Part shown: piece after piece, positions 53,544-62,325 of the stretch
How positions within the stretch are numbered: the first letter of the stretch is position 1
How the letters are laid out: every line of letters begins with the position of its first letter
Source: Candidatus Marinacidobacterales bacterium
Lineage (GTDB): Bacteria; Acidobacteriota; Vicinamibacteria; Marinacidobacterales; DATDRI01
Assembly: GCA_965226495.1 (NCBI GenBank)
Contig: OZ245365.1
Location: forward strand, 4,608,001 to 4,672,000
Length of the DNA: 64,000 nt
Direction of reading: 5' to 3'
The notes under the pieces: generated by a model
The model's database searches: none
Seen by the model: only the letters and a program-made list of their open reading frames with translations
Told to the model about the DNA's origin: nothing
Program-made: the position numbers and the translations under genes

Positions 53544-54490
53544 GCTTGCGCCCCGGGAGCGGGGACCCCGTAGAAGTCCAGGCTTCTCTCGAGACCTTGG
53601 GAGAGAGAAAAGCGCGGCTTGTAATCGAGCTCCTCGGCAAGACGAGAGATATCGGCTTGCGAGTGGGCTACGTCGCCGGCGCGGGGAGACTCGTAAACGG
53701 GTTTCACCTTGCTTCCAACCAGTGCCGCCATCGTCTTCCAAAGGTCGTTCAAAGAGATGCGATCTCCACAACCGACGTTGTATACCCGCCCCGCGGCTCG
53801 CGGGGAGTGGCAAGCGGTCAGATTCACGTCCGCCACGTTGTCCACGTAGGTGAAGTCGCGGGTCTGCTCACCGTCGCCATAGACAGTGGGTGGCTTGCCC
53901 AATACGATGGAGTCGATGAAGCGACTGATGACCCCCGAGTACGCGGAGCCGGGATCTTGGCGCGGGCCGAACACGTTGAAGTACCGCAACGCCACCGTTT
54001 CCAAACCGTACAGTCGGTGGTACACCATGCAGTACTGCTCGCCCGTCAGCTTCGAGACCGCATAGGGCGAGAGGGGCTCGGGCCGAACACTTTCTCTTTT
54101 GGGAAGCTCCTTGCTAGCTCCGTACACCGAAGAAGAAGACGCGTAGACGACGCGGCGGACCTTGGCTTGGCTGGCGGCGTGGAGCAGCACCAGCGTACCG
54201 GTCGCATTGGCAGCATGTGACTCGAGGGGTCGCTCCACCGAGCGAGGGACCGAGGGGATGGCCCCTTGATGGAAGACATAGTCCACACCGGTGACGGCCT
54301 TCTGCACGTCCTCCGGGTCGCAGAGATCGCCCCGCTTGAGCTCGATCTCGCCTTCGACGCCTTCTAGGTTCGCCTCTCTACCGGTGGAGAAGTTGTCCAA
54401 GACACGAACCTTCTCCCCGTCGTCGAGGAGTCGGCGCACTAGGCTCGAGCCGATGAACCCTGCACCGCCGGTCACCAGATAGAGCCCCAC
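53540..54490 (-). CDS. NAD-dependent NDP-sugar epimerase/dehydratase
   Basis: TGGAGFIGS, ASSSSVYG, YAVSK, RYFNVFGP. Confidence 0.93.
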   Translation of the reverse strand: MGLYLVTGGAGFIGSSLVRRLLDDGEKVRVLDNFSTGREANLEGVEGEIELKRGDLCDPEDVQKAVTGVDYVFHQGAIPSVPRSVERPLESHAANATGTLVLLHAASQAKVRRVVYASSSSVYGASKELPKRESVRPEPLSPYAVSKLTGEQYCMVYHRLYGLETVALRYFNVFGPRQDPGSAYSGVISRFIDSIVLGKPPTVYGDGEQTRDFTYVDNVADVNLTACHSPRAAGRVYNVGCGDRISLNDLWKTMAALVGSKVKPVYESPRAGDVAHSQADISRLAEELDYKPRFSLSQGLERSLDFYGVPAPGAQA

Positions 54491-54670
54491 TCGCCTCCTC
54501 GAAAATTCATCGCTAGCTCAAATTGACTAACTATCAGTGTAGGGGAGCCGCATGTGCTTCGTCAACCATAACTTACGCGGTCGGGCCGGGGGGCGCCTTT
54601 TTCGAATACGCCCACCCTATGTTAAGATAGTGTTGGGAAATACCTTCGCCTACGGATCCAGGAGCTATTT

Positions 54671-56311
54671 GTGCAGGGAGACCTTAGCCAGGATACCCTC
54701 GCTGGCGTAATCCGCGGCCTGTACCTCGACCGCAAGAGTGGCATCTTGCACCTCGAACGGGAGGGGATCAAGAAGCGGATTTACTTCAAGAAGGGGTCCA
54801 TGATCTTCGCCAATTCGGACGTCGATGACGACCGGATCGGGGAGTTCCTGATCCGCAACAACGCCATCGATCGAGCCGCCTTCGAGATGGCGGCTAAAGT
54901 CGCCAAGGATACTAAGAAGCGGTTCGGCAAGACCGTCGTCGAGATGGGTCACATGTCCGCCGACGAGATGGAGACCCACGTCACCGGCCAAATCCAAGCT
55001 ATTATTTTCTCCCTGTTTCTGTGGGAGGCGGGTGACTGGAACCTAGAGCCGCACGAAGATCCGGTCGATGCAGATATCGTGCTGAATCTCTCCACCGCGG
55101 ACATCATCCTGGAAGGCATCCGGCGAATGACTGACCTGGAAGGGATCCGCCGTGGCCTAGGAGATGAGCAGGGAATGTTGCGACATTCCGAGAATCCCCT
55201 TCTGCTTTACCAAAAGATCAGCTTGACGCCCTCGGAAGGATTCGTGCTGTCACGTGTCGACGGCGTATCCACGGTTGCCGACATTGCGGCCATTTCACCA
55301 CTAGGCGAGGAAGAAACAATTCGTTGTATCTATGGGTTAGTTTCGGCAGGAGTTCTCGATGTCGCGAACACTGGCGCGCAGGCTGCCGCGGCTCCGGCAA
55401 CGGAGGACAAGGTCGATATCCCGAGGCCCGAGGCCGAAACCTTAGAACGCGATGAGGATAAGGCGGCTGCTCCACCGGCACCATCGGGACCTACGCCCGA
55501 AGAGCAGGAGATCCGAGACGACATCATGGCCCGGCACGCTTCGCTAGAGACCGCCAACCTCTACGATCTCCTAGGACTCAACCTGAACGCGGGCGGCCCC
55601 GAAATAAAAAAGGCCTACTACAAGATGGCGAAGAAATACCATCCGGATCGCCATCACTCACCGCATCTTCACGACGTGCACGGCCAGCTGGAGGAGCTCT
55701 TCGTGAAGATCACCAAGGCGTATCAGAAGCTCTCCGACCCCCTGGCTCGCCGGCGCTATGACTCATCTCTGCGCACCGAGGCTCCCCCAGGCGAAGGCGC
55801 AGGCGGTGGGTCGTCGGCAACCCCGTTGCACGACGCTGGGACGCCATCCATGCCGGAGGGGCCGACTCCACAAGAAAAAATGGCGGCCATGCAATTCCAG
55901 GAGGGCCGGCGACACTTCATAGAGCTGCATTACTTCGATGCCATCCAATGTTTACGTGAGGCGGTCCGGCTCGCTCCGCACAAAGGTCCGTACCACAAGC
56001 TACTCGGGCAAGCCTTGGTCAAGAATCCCCACTGGCGGAAGGAGGCCGAGGAGCACTTCCACATAGCGCTCAAAACGAGTCAGTTCGATCCGGAGTGTTT
56101 CATCGGATTGGGTGAGATCTACGAAGGCGAAGGCATGACCAGCCGGGCCCTGAAGATGTACCAGCAGGCGCTCAACTACGATCCCAGCAACGAGTTCGCG
56201 CAGGAAAAACTCGATGCTCACAAGCCCAAAGGGGCCATGGAAGGGCTCAAAGGCATGCTCCGTCGAAAGAAGGACAAGGGGGAAAAGGAGGAAAAGGTTT
56301 CGGAGGAATAG
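54671..56311 (+). CDS. DUF4388 + DnaJ-domain + TPR protein (paralog of 12274-13794)
   Basis: Same architecture; YHPD motif; shared DSSLRTEA/DNSLRTEA. Confidence 0.87.
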   Translation: MQGDLSQDTLAGVIRGLYLDRKSGILHLEREGIKKRIYFKKGSMIFANSDVDDDRIGEFLIRNNAIDRAAFEMAAKVAKDTKKRFGKTVVEMGHMSADEMETHVTGQIQAIIFSLFLWEAGDWNLEPHEDPVDADIVLNLSTADIILEGIRRMTDLEGIRRGLGDEQGMLRHSENPLLLYQKISLTPSEGFVLSRVDGVSTVADIAAISPLGEEETIRCIYGLVSAGVLDVANTGAQAAAAPATEDKVDIPRPEAETLERDEDKAAAPPAPSGPTPEEQEIRDDIMARHASLETANLYDLLGLNLNAGGPEIKKAYYKMAKKYHPDRHHSPHLHDVHGQLEELFVKITKAYQKLSDPLARRRYDSSLRTEAPPGEGAGGGSSATPLHDAGTPSMPEGPTPQEKMAAMQFQEGRRHFIELHYFDAIQCLREAVRLAPHKGPYHKLLGQALVKNPHWRKEAEEHFHIALKTSQFDPECFIGLGEIYEGEGMTSRALKMYQQALNYDPSNEFAQEKLDAHKPKGAMEGLKGMLRRKKDKGEKEEKVSEE

Positions 56312-56329
56312 CGCTCACATTACTCCGCT

Positions 56330-57712
56330 TTACTCTAGTTTTCCCGCCTCCCTTTTGATCCTCTCGTTGAGTTCTAGAACGTCTCGCCGGATCTTGTCTA
56401 CGTCCACGGTTCCTACTACGCGACTTTCCATAATGACCCGCCCGTGAACGATGGTGGTCGTCACGTTGGCGGCTGTCGCCGCGTAAACCAACGCCGAGTA
56501 GACGTCGTACATCGGGATCATATTGACCGCGTCCTTATCGACGATGATGACGTCGGCCAGCTTCCCAACCTCGAGTGAACCAATCCGGTCCCCCATGTTG
56601 AGCGCTTTCGCACCTCCGATAGTTGCCATTTCGACCACATCAACGGGCGGCATAACGCTCCGGTCTTCGTTGACCAGCTTGTGTATCTTGGCCACGTAGC
56701 CCATCTGGATCATGATATCGAGCGTGTTGCCGCTCATGGCACCGTCACTGCCCAAACCGACGTCGACTCCGCGCTCGAGCATGGTCAGAACCGGCGCCAC
56801 GCCCTTCCCGGCCTTCACGTTGGAAACCATATTGTGAGCGACGCCTACTCCACGTTGCTTCATCAGGTCGATGTCCGACTCGGTAACGAAGATACAGTGG
56901 GCCGCCACCAGTCGAGAGCTCAGTAAACCGACTGAATCTAGATACTCGACCGGCGTCTTGCCGAAATCGCGGCGGATTTGCTCGATCTCGGCTTTCGTCT
57001 CCGAGAGGTGGATCAGGACGGGCACGTCGAGCTTCTCGGCCCACTCCGCCACCAAGGCCAACTGCTCCTCCTCGACGGAGTAAGGCGCGTGCGGAGCCAG
57101 GGCGGGAGTGATTAGCTCGTCACCACGAAACTCTTCGATAAATTTCAACGCGTACTCGAGGCCGCCGTAAGGCTCTTTCGCGTCCGGGGCGGGATACTTG
57201 ATCACCGTCTCCCCGGCGATGGCGCGCATCCCCACCTCGCTGGCGGCGCGCGCAACCTGATCTTCGAAGTAGTACATGTCGGCAAACGTCGTCACCCCGC
57301 CCTGCACCATCTCCACCGCGGCGAGGAGCGTTCCGCGATAGACGTTCTCCGGGTCGACGACCGTTCTCTCCAATGGGAAGATGAAACGCTGCAGGCGATC
57401 GGGAACCTCGTCGGCGAGACCGCGGAAAATGGTCATCGGGGCGTGAGTGTGGGTGTTCACCATACCCGGCATCACGATGTCGCCACCGGCGTCGATGACC
57501 TTGGCTGCCGAGTATTGGGCCGCGAGCTCGGGTCCACCCAACGCGACGATCTCGGAACCACGGATGACGAGCGTGCCTTCCGGGATCACCGCCTTCTCCT
57601 CGTTCATCGTCACGAGGTGGGCGTTCTTTATTAGGATGTCGGCGCGCTGTGGCTCCTGCCACAAACCGACACCCGCTGCCGCAATCATGAATGCGACGGT
57701 CCAGCTAAACAT
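56330..57712 (-). CDS. Amidohydrolase (MtaD/AtzA-like)
   Basis: NTHTH, PHAPY, IHLSET, AAHC, GSDG. Confidence 0.9.
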   Translation of the reverse strand: MFSWTVAFMIAAAGVGLWQEPQRADILIKNAHLVTMNEEKAVIPEGTLVIRGSEIVALGGPELAAQYSAAKVIDAGGDIVMPGMVNTHTHAPMTIFRGLADEVPDRLQRFIFPLERTVVDPENVYRGTLLAAVEMVQGGVTTFADMYYFEDQVARAASEVGMRAIAGETVIKYPAPDAKEPYGGLEYALKFIEEFRGDELITPALAPHAPYSVEEEQLALVAEWAEKLDVPVLIHLSETKAEIEQIRRDFGKTPVEYLDSVGLLSSRLVAAHCIFVTESDIDLMKQRGVGVAHNMVSNVKAGKGVAPVLTMLERGVDVGLGSDGAMSGNTLDIMIQMGYVAKIHKLVNEDRSVMPPVDVVEMATIGGAKALNMGDRIGSLEVGKLADVIIVDKDAVNMIPMYDVYSALVYAATAANVTTTIVHGRVIMESRVVGTVDVDKIRRDVLELNERIKREAGKLE

Positions 57713-57714
57713 GC

Positions 57715-57950
57715 TCACATCTTCCCCTCCCTCTCCTTCAAGTAGTCGTCGATGGCCGGCCGCCACGACTCGATGTAATCCCGATAGTGGGCCTCGTTGA
57801 ATTCGGCCAAGTAGGTGTTGCCCTCTTCTGACAGCGCGGTGAAAGTATAGGACACTTGAGCCCGCGTCGCTCCCCCGTCTGCTTCTTCACAACGTACTTC
57901 TACGACTGCCACGCGGGAGCCGGGAGTTACTCTCGCATACTTGGTAACAA
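57715..57950 (-). pseudogene. 5'-truncated gene fragment (SRPBCC-like C-terminus)
   Basis: YARVTPGSRVAVVEVRC...VSYTFTALSEEGN...W..AI..YL; upstream is the HNH gene. Confidence 0.55.
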
Positions 57951-57976
57951 ACTGGATTCAGGTTGTCCAGCTCGGT

Positions 57977-59020
57977 TCAGTTCCGGGAGGACTCCTTCCG
58001 CGCGGCATCGATCTTCCCTTGAATGAACCCGGCGCCAAATGTACGCTCCGCGGTCAACAGATTGTGAGGCCCGCAGTGAAGGCGCAGATTCCTCTCGCCG
58101 TGACTGCCATCTAGAGCAAAGGCCCGCAGGTGCTCGATTTCGAGCCCTGTTCGTTGGCGACACCGAGTCCCATCCCGACCCCGAAATTCACACTGGTAGC
58201 CGGCGCGATCTTGGACGCGCTCGCGGACCTCCGAGGGGATGTAGCGGGACTTGCCAGAAATCTTGCCCGGGCAAGATTTTCTGTTACCTTTCGACACCTT
58301 CTGTAGTCGCCGTTCACGCTTTCTCTTCACGTCCTTCTTGTCGAGAGCGATGTCCATCGCCTGTTCCATGATCTCGGCCATCCGTTGCTGGGAGTTTTCG
58401 ACACCGAGCACCTCCGCCAGGCGCTCGAACTTCTCCTTGAACTCGCGGTCGGCGGAGAAGCGGAAATTGAACACCTCCGGTTGCGCCGGCTCGAGGATGG
58501 TCGGTGACACCCGGGGAGTCGGGCGTGCCGTCAGGACTGGCGGCGGCTCGGCGGGCGCCTTGGTTGGTATCTTTCGAATCGAGGACGCGAAAACGGGCTT
58601 TGGCCGGAGCGCGACAACGTACTCTTCGACCTCGCGCCTGGTCATTCCGGCGCAATCCCCAAAAAGCTTCTCGACGTTGCTCTCAGTGAGAACGGGCGCA
58701 AGGAGACCCGCCACGGTGAGACTCACTTGGTTCTCGGCCAGTGCCACGAGTATCTGAGGGAAACGTCGCGCTACGTTGGCCACCTGAATCCGGCGAGCGA
58801 CCGAACCCTCGCTTAGGTTCAAGCGCCTGGTGCAGTAATCGAACAGATTCTTGTACCCGCGCTCGAGATGGCCCTTTCTTCTAGACATCTCTGCGATGTG
58901 GGCGATGACGAGCGCCACGTTTCGTTTCTCAGCGCGGACCAGCTTCTCGGTTGAGCGGTCGAGCTCTTCGGTGGAGAGCCCTTCGAGTGTAGCGAAGTAC
59001 GTCTTAACTTTTTCGATCAT
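57977..59020 (-). CDS. DUF222-like/HNH endonuclease
   Basis: VIAHIAEM..R...GY..LFDYC...L.LSEG N-domain; SRYIP..VR..V..R..QC..C..H...N...C..HN. Confidence 0.88.
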   Translation of the reverse strand: MIEKVKTYFATLEGLSTEELDRSTEKLVRAEKRNVALVIAHIAEMSRRKGHLERGYKNLFDYCTRRLNLSEGSVARRIQVANVARRFPQILVALAENQVSLTVAGLLAPVLTESNVEKLFGDCAGMTRREVEEYVVALRPKPVFASSIRKIPTKAPAEPPPVLTARPTPRVSPTILEPAQPEVFNFRFSADREFKEKFERLAEVLGVENSQQRMAEIMEQAMDIALDKKDVKRKRERRLQKVSKGNRKSCPGKISGKSRYIPSEVRERVQDRAGYQCEFRGRDGTRCRQRTGLEIEHLRAFALDGSHGERNLRLHCGPHNLLTAERTFGAGFIQGKIDAARKESSRN

Positions 59021-59236
59021 GAGCGTTGCCCCCTCTCCTAAATATAGCAACGTACTTTTTCGTACACTCAGAGGGCGTGAGCGCGAAACAAACGAGCTCG
59101 GTTGAAGAAAAGGCTCAATTTAGTAGAGAAGGATGCGAGAAGGCTTGCGTGCAATTCCTAAAGGTATCCGTGTTAATGGCTCGTCACGTCGTGATTTTGC
59201 CCCGCGAAACTTGTCAAGTGATTCTCGATCTTTTTT

Positions 59237-62095
59237 TCACTTTGTCGGAACCAGACGTTCGAGCTCCTCGAACCAGTTGAGAATGATGACGAGCTCGGTG
59301 CGTTCCGACTGGCGTCCACCAACCGGCTTCGCCATGACAAACCGGCCGTCGGGTCCCACATCGTAGGTCGGAGCAGCGGCGCCGTCTGGTGAATACGGCA
59401 GCTCGAACAACGTTTCGGGCGGCTCGAACCGGAAATCCGGATCGGTGGTAACCCGGACTGCCATCATCGTGTGATCCTCTATGTAATAGAGCTCCCGATC
59501 TCCCGGCCCCCAAACCGGCTCCACTCCACCGTTGGTCGAAACCCGCATCGGTGCACCTGAGCCGGGATACGGCCGCACTAGAACCTCGAAACGCCCCGTC
59601 AAGTCCGATATAGACGCATGCCAACGACCGTCTGACGAAAGCGCGCTCATCCCCTCAAGATCCTCTGTTTGAACCACGACACGAGGTTCCCGATCGCCCT
59701 TGAGCGAAATCGCCATAATATCGTTTTGCTCTTCGAAGAGGAGCTCCTCGGTCCGGTGGGACCATGCTCGAAGAAACTTTGGGTGTGGACTCTTGAGGAG
59801 TAGCTCCGGCTCGGAGCTGCTCCCGTCAGAGGGGATAGAGAAAAGGTCCAAGCCGCCGGCTCGCGTTGAAGCAAACGCGATGCTGCTGCCACCCTGCACC
59901 CAAACGGGAAGGAGGTCACGTCCACCGGTTGTCAGACGCGTCGGAGGACGATTATCCAGATAGTAGACCCAGAGGTCTCCAAACCCCGGGTTGAATCCAG
60001 TCATCAAAGCCAACCGGCGCCCATCGGGTGATAGTCGGATGTTCCTCGGATTCTCGAGCGGTCCTTCAACCAACGGCTGGTGCTCTCTTCCGTGACGATC
60101 GACCCACAGCAAGGTCGCGAGGCTGGTGCTTCTAGGGAGATACGCCAGCGAGCCGTCGCGCGACAGACTGACGCTCCCGAGACCCCACCGGGGATTGGCC
60201 CTTATCCCCTCCAGCACCGGAGCGGAAGGGCCTGTCGTTTCTAGGTCTTCAAGATCGAACGGCGCCGCCATGAGAACTCCCTGCTGCATATAGAGCAAGT
60301 GACCGGACGGCGCGTAGCGGGGGAAGTAACCACCTTCGAGCACGGTGTGGTATTCGCCAGACTTCAGTGAAAGGGCCGCGATACGGCTTGGTACGAGCGA
60401 CGACGTGCCCTGTATCGAGAAAAGGACGGCCTTGCCGTGGGGGAGCACATCTGGCCACCAGTGGCCCCCCTCCTCATTCGCAGCGTCGGGTGTTGTAAGA
60501 ACCTCGGGCGTACCGCCGCTTTCGGGCACACGGAAAAGACCAATCTGATTCTCTTCGTTAAGGGCAGCAAAGATAATGGTATTGTCGGTGCTCCAGGATG
60601 CCCCCCAAAGGCGTCGTTTCTGGCACAAGGTCGTCACCGGGCCACCGCGGACAGAGACCGTCTTCAGTGCGTTTTTCTGTGGGCCTAGATTTTCGAAAAA
60701 CCCAATCCACTCGCCGTCGGGCGAGAAGAACGGGTCAACAGCGTTCTCCGTTCCTGGCAGCGGCGTGACATCGAGTTCGTCGAGCGAGCGAACGTAGAGC
60801 AACCGTTCATCGGCACTCCCCCCAGCGTACGCGAGCCGCGATCCATCCGGAGAGAACGCGAGAGTTCCGGGGTTGCCCAGCATACCGGCAAACGGTGCTT
60901 CGGCAGGCAAGGTGATCGACAATCGACGAGTTGGCTCGGACGGACCCGGCCCCACTAGCGCCCAAACGGCGAGTCCTGCTAGCAATGTGCCGATGATTCC
61001 AATCGCAATCCATTGCCCGGGCCTCGAGTGTGCTTTTGCAGCCGGCAGCTCAGTCGCGCCTTGCCCGGCGATCCATTTCAACTCCTGCATGACATCGGAC
61101 GCAGCTTGCCAGCGTTGGTCCGGTTCCTTGGCCAAGCACCGTCGGATCACGTGATCCAGCAGGGGCGGTGCAGTAGGTATGGAAGGAGGCTCGTCTTTGA
61201 GAATCGCTCCAATCAGACTCGCCTGACTCTCTCCTTCGAAGGCTCGTCGCCCAGTCACCATTTCGTAGAGCACCGCACCGAAGGCGAAGATGTCGGTCCG
61301 CGCGTCGGCTTTCTTGCCCTCGACCTGTTCGGGAGCCATGTACTGCAACGTGCCGACAATCGCCCCTTCTCGTGTCATTTTCGTCGCAGTGGCCGCGTCA
61401 GGATCGAGCTTCGAAGGTTCAGGCATCAGCTTCGCCAAACCAAAATCCAGAAGCTTCGCACCCGACTTCGTCAGCATGATGTTGCCGGGCTTGAGGTCAC
61501 GATGCACGACGCCGTGACGGTGCGCCTTGTCGAGCGCGTCCGCGATCTCGATTCCATGTTGCATAGCCTGATCGAGTGGTAGCGCTCCCTTCTCTAATCG
61601 CGCGGCCAACGTCTCCCCTTCGATGTACTCCATCACTAAGAAATCGACACCGTTTTCTTGGCCAACGTCGAAGAGCGTGCAAATGTGGGGGTGGTTCAGT
61701 TGAGAGATCGTGCGGGCCTCGCGCTCGAAACGTTCTCGGGCCTGACGGTTTCCGGCAACATGAGCCGGGAGAACTTTGATGGCAACGGTGCGATCGAGTC
61801 GCGTATCGGTGGCTTGGTAGACCTCACCCATCCCGCCCGCACCAATCAGGCGAACGAGCTTGTAATGACCAAGCTCCGTTCCGGGCGCTAGCTCCATGCT
61901 ATTTACCGCCGGTCCGCGGCCGAGAAAACCGTTCGCTTCTGCTTCGTCATGATTGGCCAGTAGCTCTTCGACCCGCTTGCGCAGCGCATCTTGTCCTGAG
62001 CACGCTTCGTCCAAAAATGCCGGTCGCTCGTTGGGGGCGAGCCTGAGCGCGGCTTCGAAGAGCTCTGCGACGCGCTCCCAAGAGTCCGGCTTCAA
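59237..62095 (-). CDS. Ser/Thr protein kinase with TolB-like beta-propeller
   Basis: GAGGMG, HRDLKPGN, DFG, APE; repeated FSPDG. Confidence 0.95.
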   Translation of the reverse strand: MKPDSWERVAELFEAALRLAPNERPAFLDEACSGQDALRKRVEELLANHDEAEANGFLGRGPAVNSMELAPGTELGHYKLVRLIGAGGMGEVYQATDTRLDRTVAIKVLPAHVAGNRQARERFEREARTISQLNHPHICTLFDVGQENGVDFLVMEYIEGETLAARLEKGALPLDQAMQHGIEIADALDKAHRHGVVHRDLKPGNIMLTKSGAKLLDFGLAKLMPEPSKLDPDAATATKMTREGAIVGTLQYMAPEQVEGKKADARTDIFAFGAVLYEMVTGRRAFEGESQASLIGAILKDEPPSIPTAPPLLDHVIRRCLAKEPDQRWQAASDVMQELKWIAGQGATELPAAKAHSRPGQWIAIGIIGTLLAGLAVWALVGPGPSEPTRRLSITLPAEAPFAGMLGNPGTLAFSPDGSRLAYAGGSADERLLYVRSLDELDVTPLPGTENAVDPFFSPDGEWIGFFENLGPQKNALKTVSVRGGPVTTLCQKRRLWGASWSTDNTIIFAALNEENQIGLFRVPESGGTPEVLTTPDAANEEGGHWWPDVLPHGKAVLFSIQGTSSLVPSRIAALSLKSGEYHTVLEGGYFPRYAPSGHLLYMQQGVLMAAPFDLEDLETTGPSAPVLEGIRANPRWGLGSVSLSRDGSLAYLPRSTSLATLLWVDRHGREHQPLVEGPLENPRNIRLSPDGRRLALMTGFNPGFGDLWVYYLDNRPPTRLTTGGRDLLPVWVQGGSSIAFASTRAGGLDLFSIPSDGSSSEPELLLKSPHPKFLRAWSHRTEELLFEEQNDIMAISLKGDREPRVVVQTEDLEGMSALSSDGRWHASISDLTGRFEVLVRPYPGSGAPMRVSTNGGVEPVWGPGDRELYYIEDHTMMAVRVTTDPDFRFEPPETLFELPYSPDGAAAPTYDVGPDGRFVMAKPVGGRQSERTELVIILNWFEELERLVPTK

Positions 62096-62110
62096 GTGGC
62101 TCGCCCTTGG

Positions 62111-62220
62111 CCCTCACCCTACCCTCTCCCAAAGGGAGAGGGTATAAAGGAAGGAAGCCAACGTGCCCCCTCACCCTACCCTCTCCCCAGAGGGGAGAGG
62201 GTTTCAAGGAAGGAAGCCAA
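62111..62220. repeat. Doublet of REP-like hairpins (family C)
   Basis: Two units, each followed by AAGGAAGGAAGCCA. Confidence 0.88.
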
Positions 62221-62325
62221 CCAACTTGTGGTGAAAATAGCTGTATACCAGGCGAAAAGTCAATGGAGGGCAGTAAGGAGGAAAACCTTGTCCGGACGAG
62301 ATTTTTTGTTACCTTTCGATACGCT

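Noticed and set aside
57977-59240. IscB/OMEGA (HEARO) system
   Set aside because: No PLMP or RuvC motifs; the protein is DUF222-like plus HNH only
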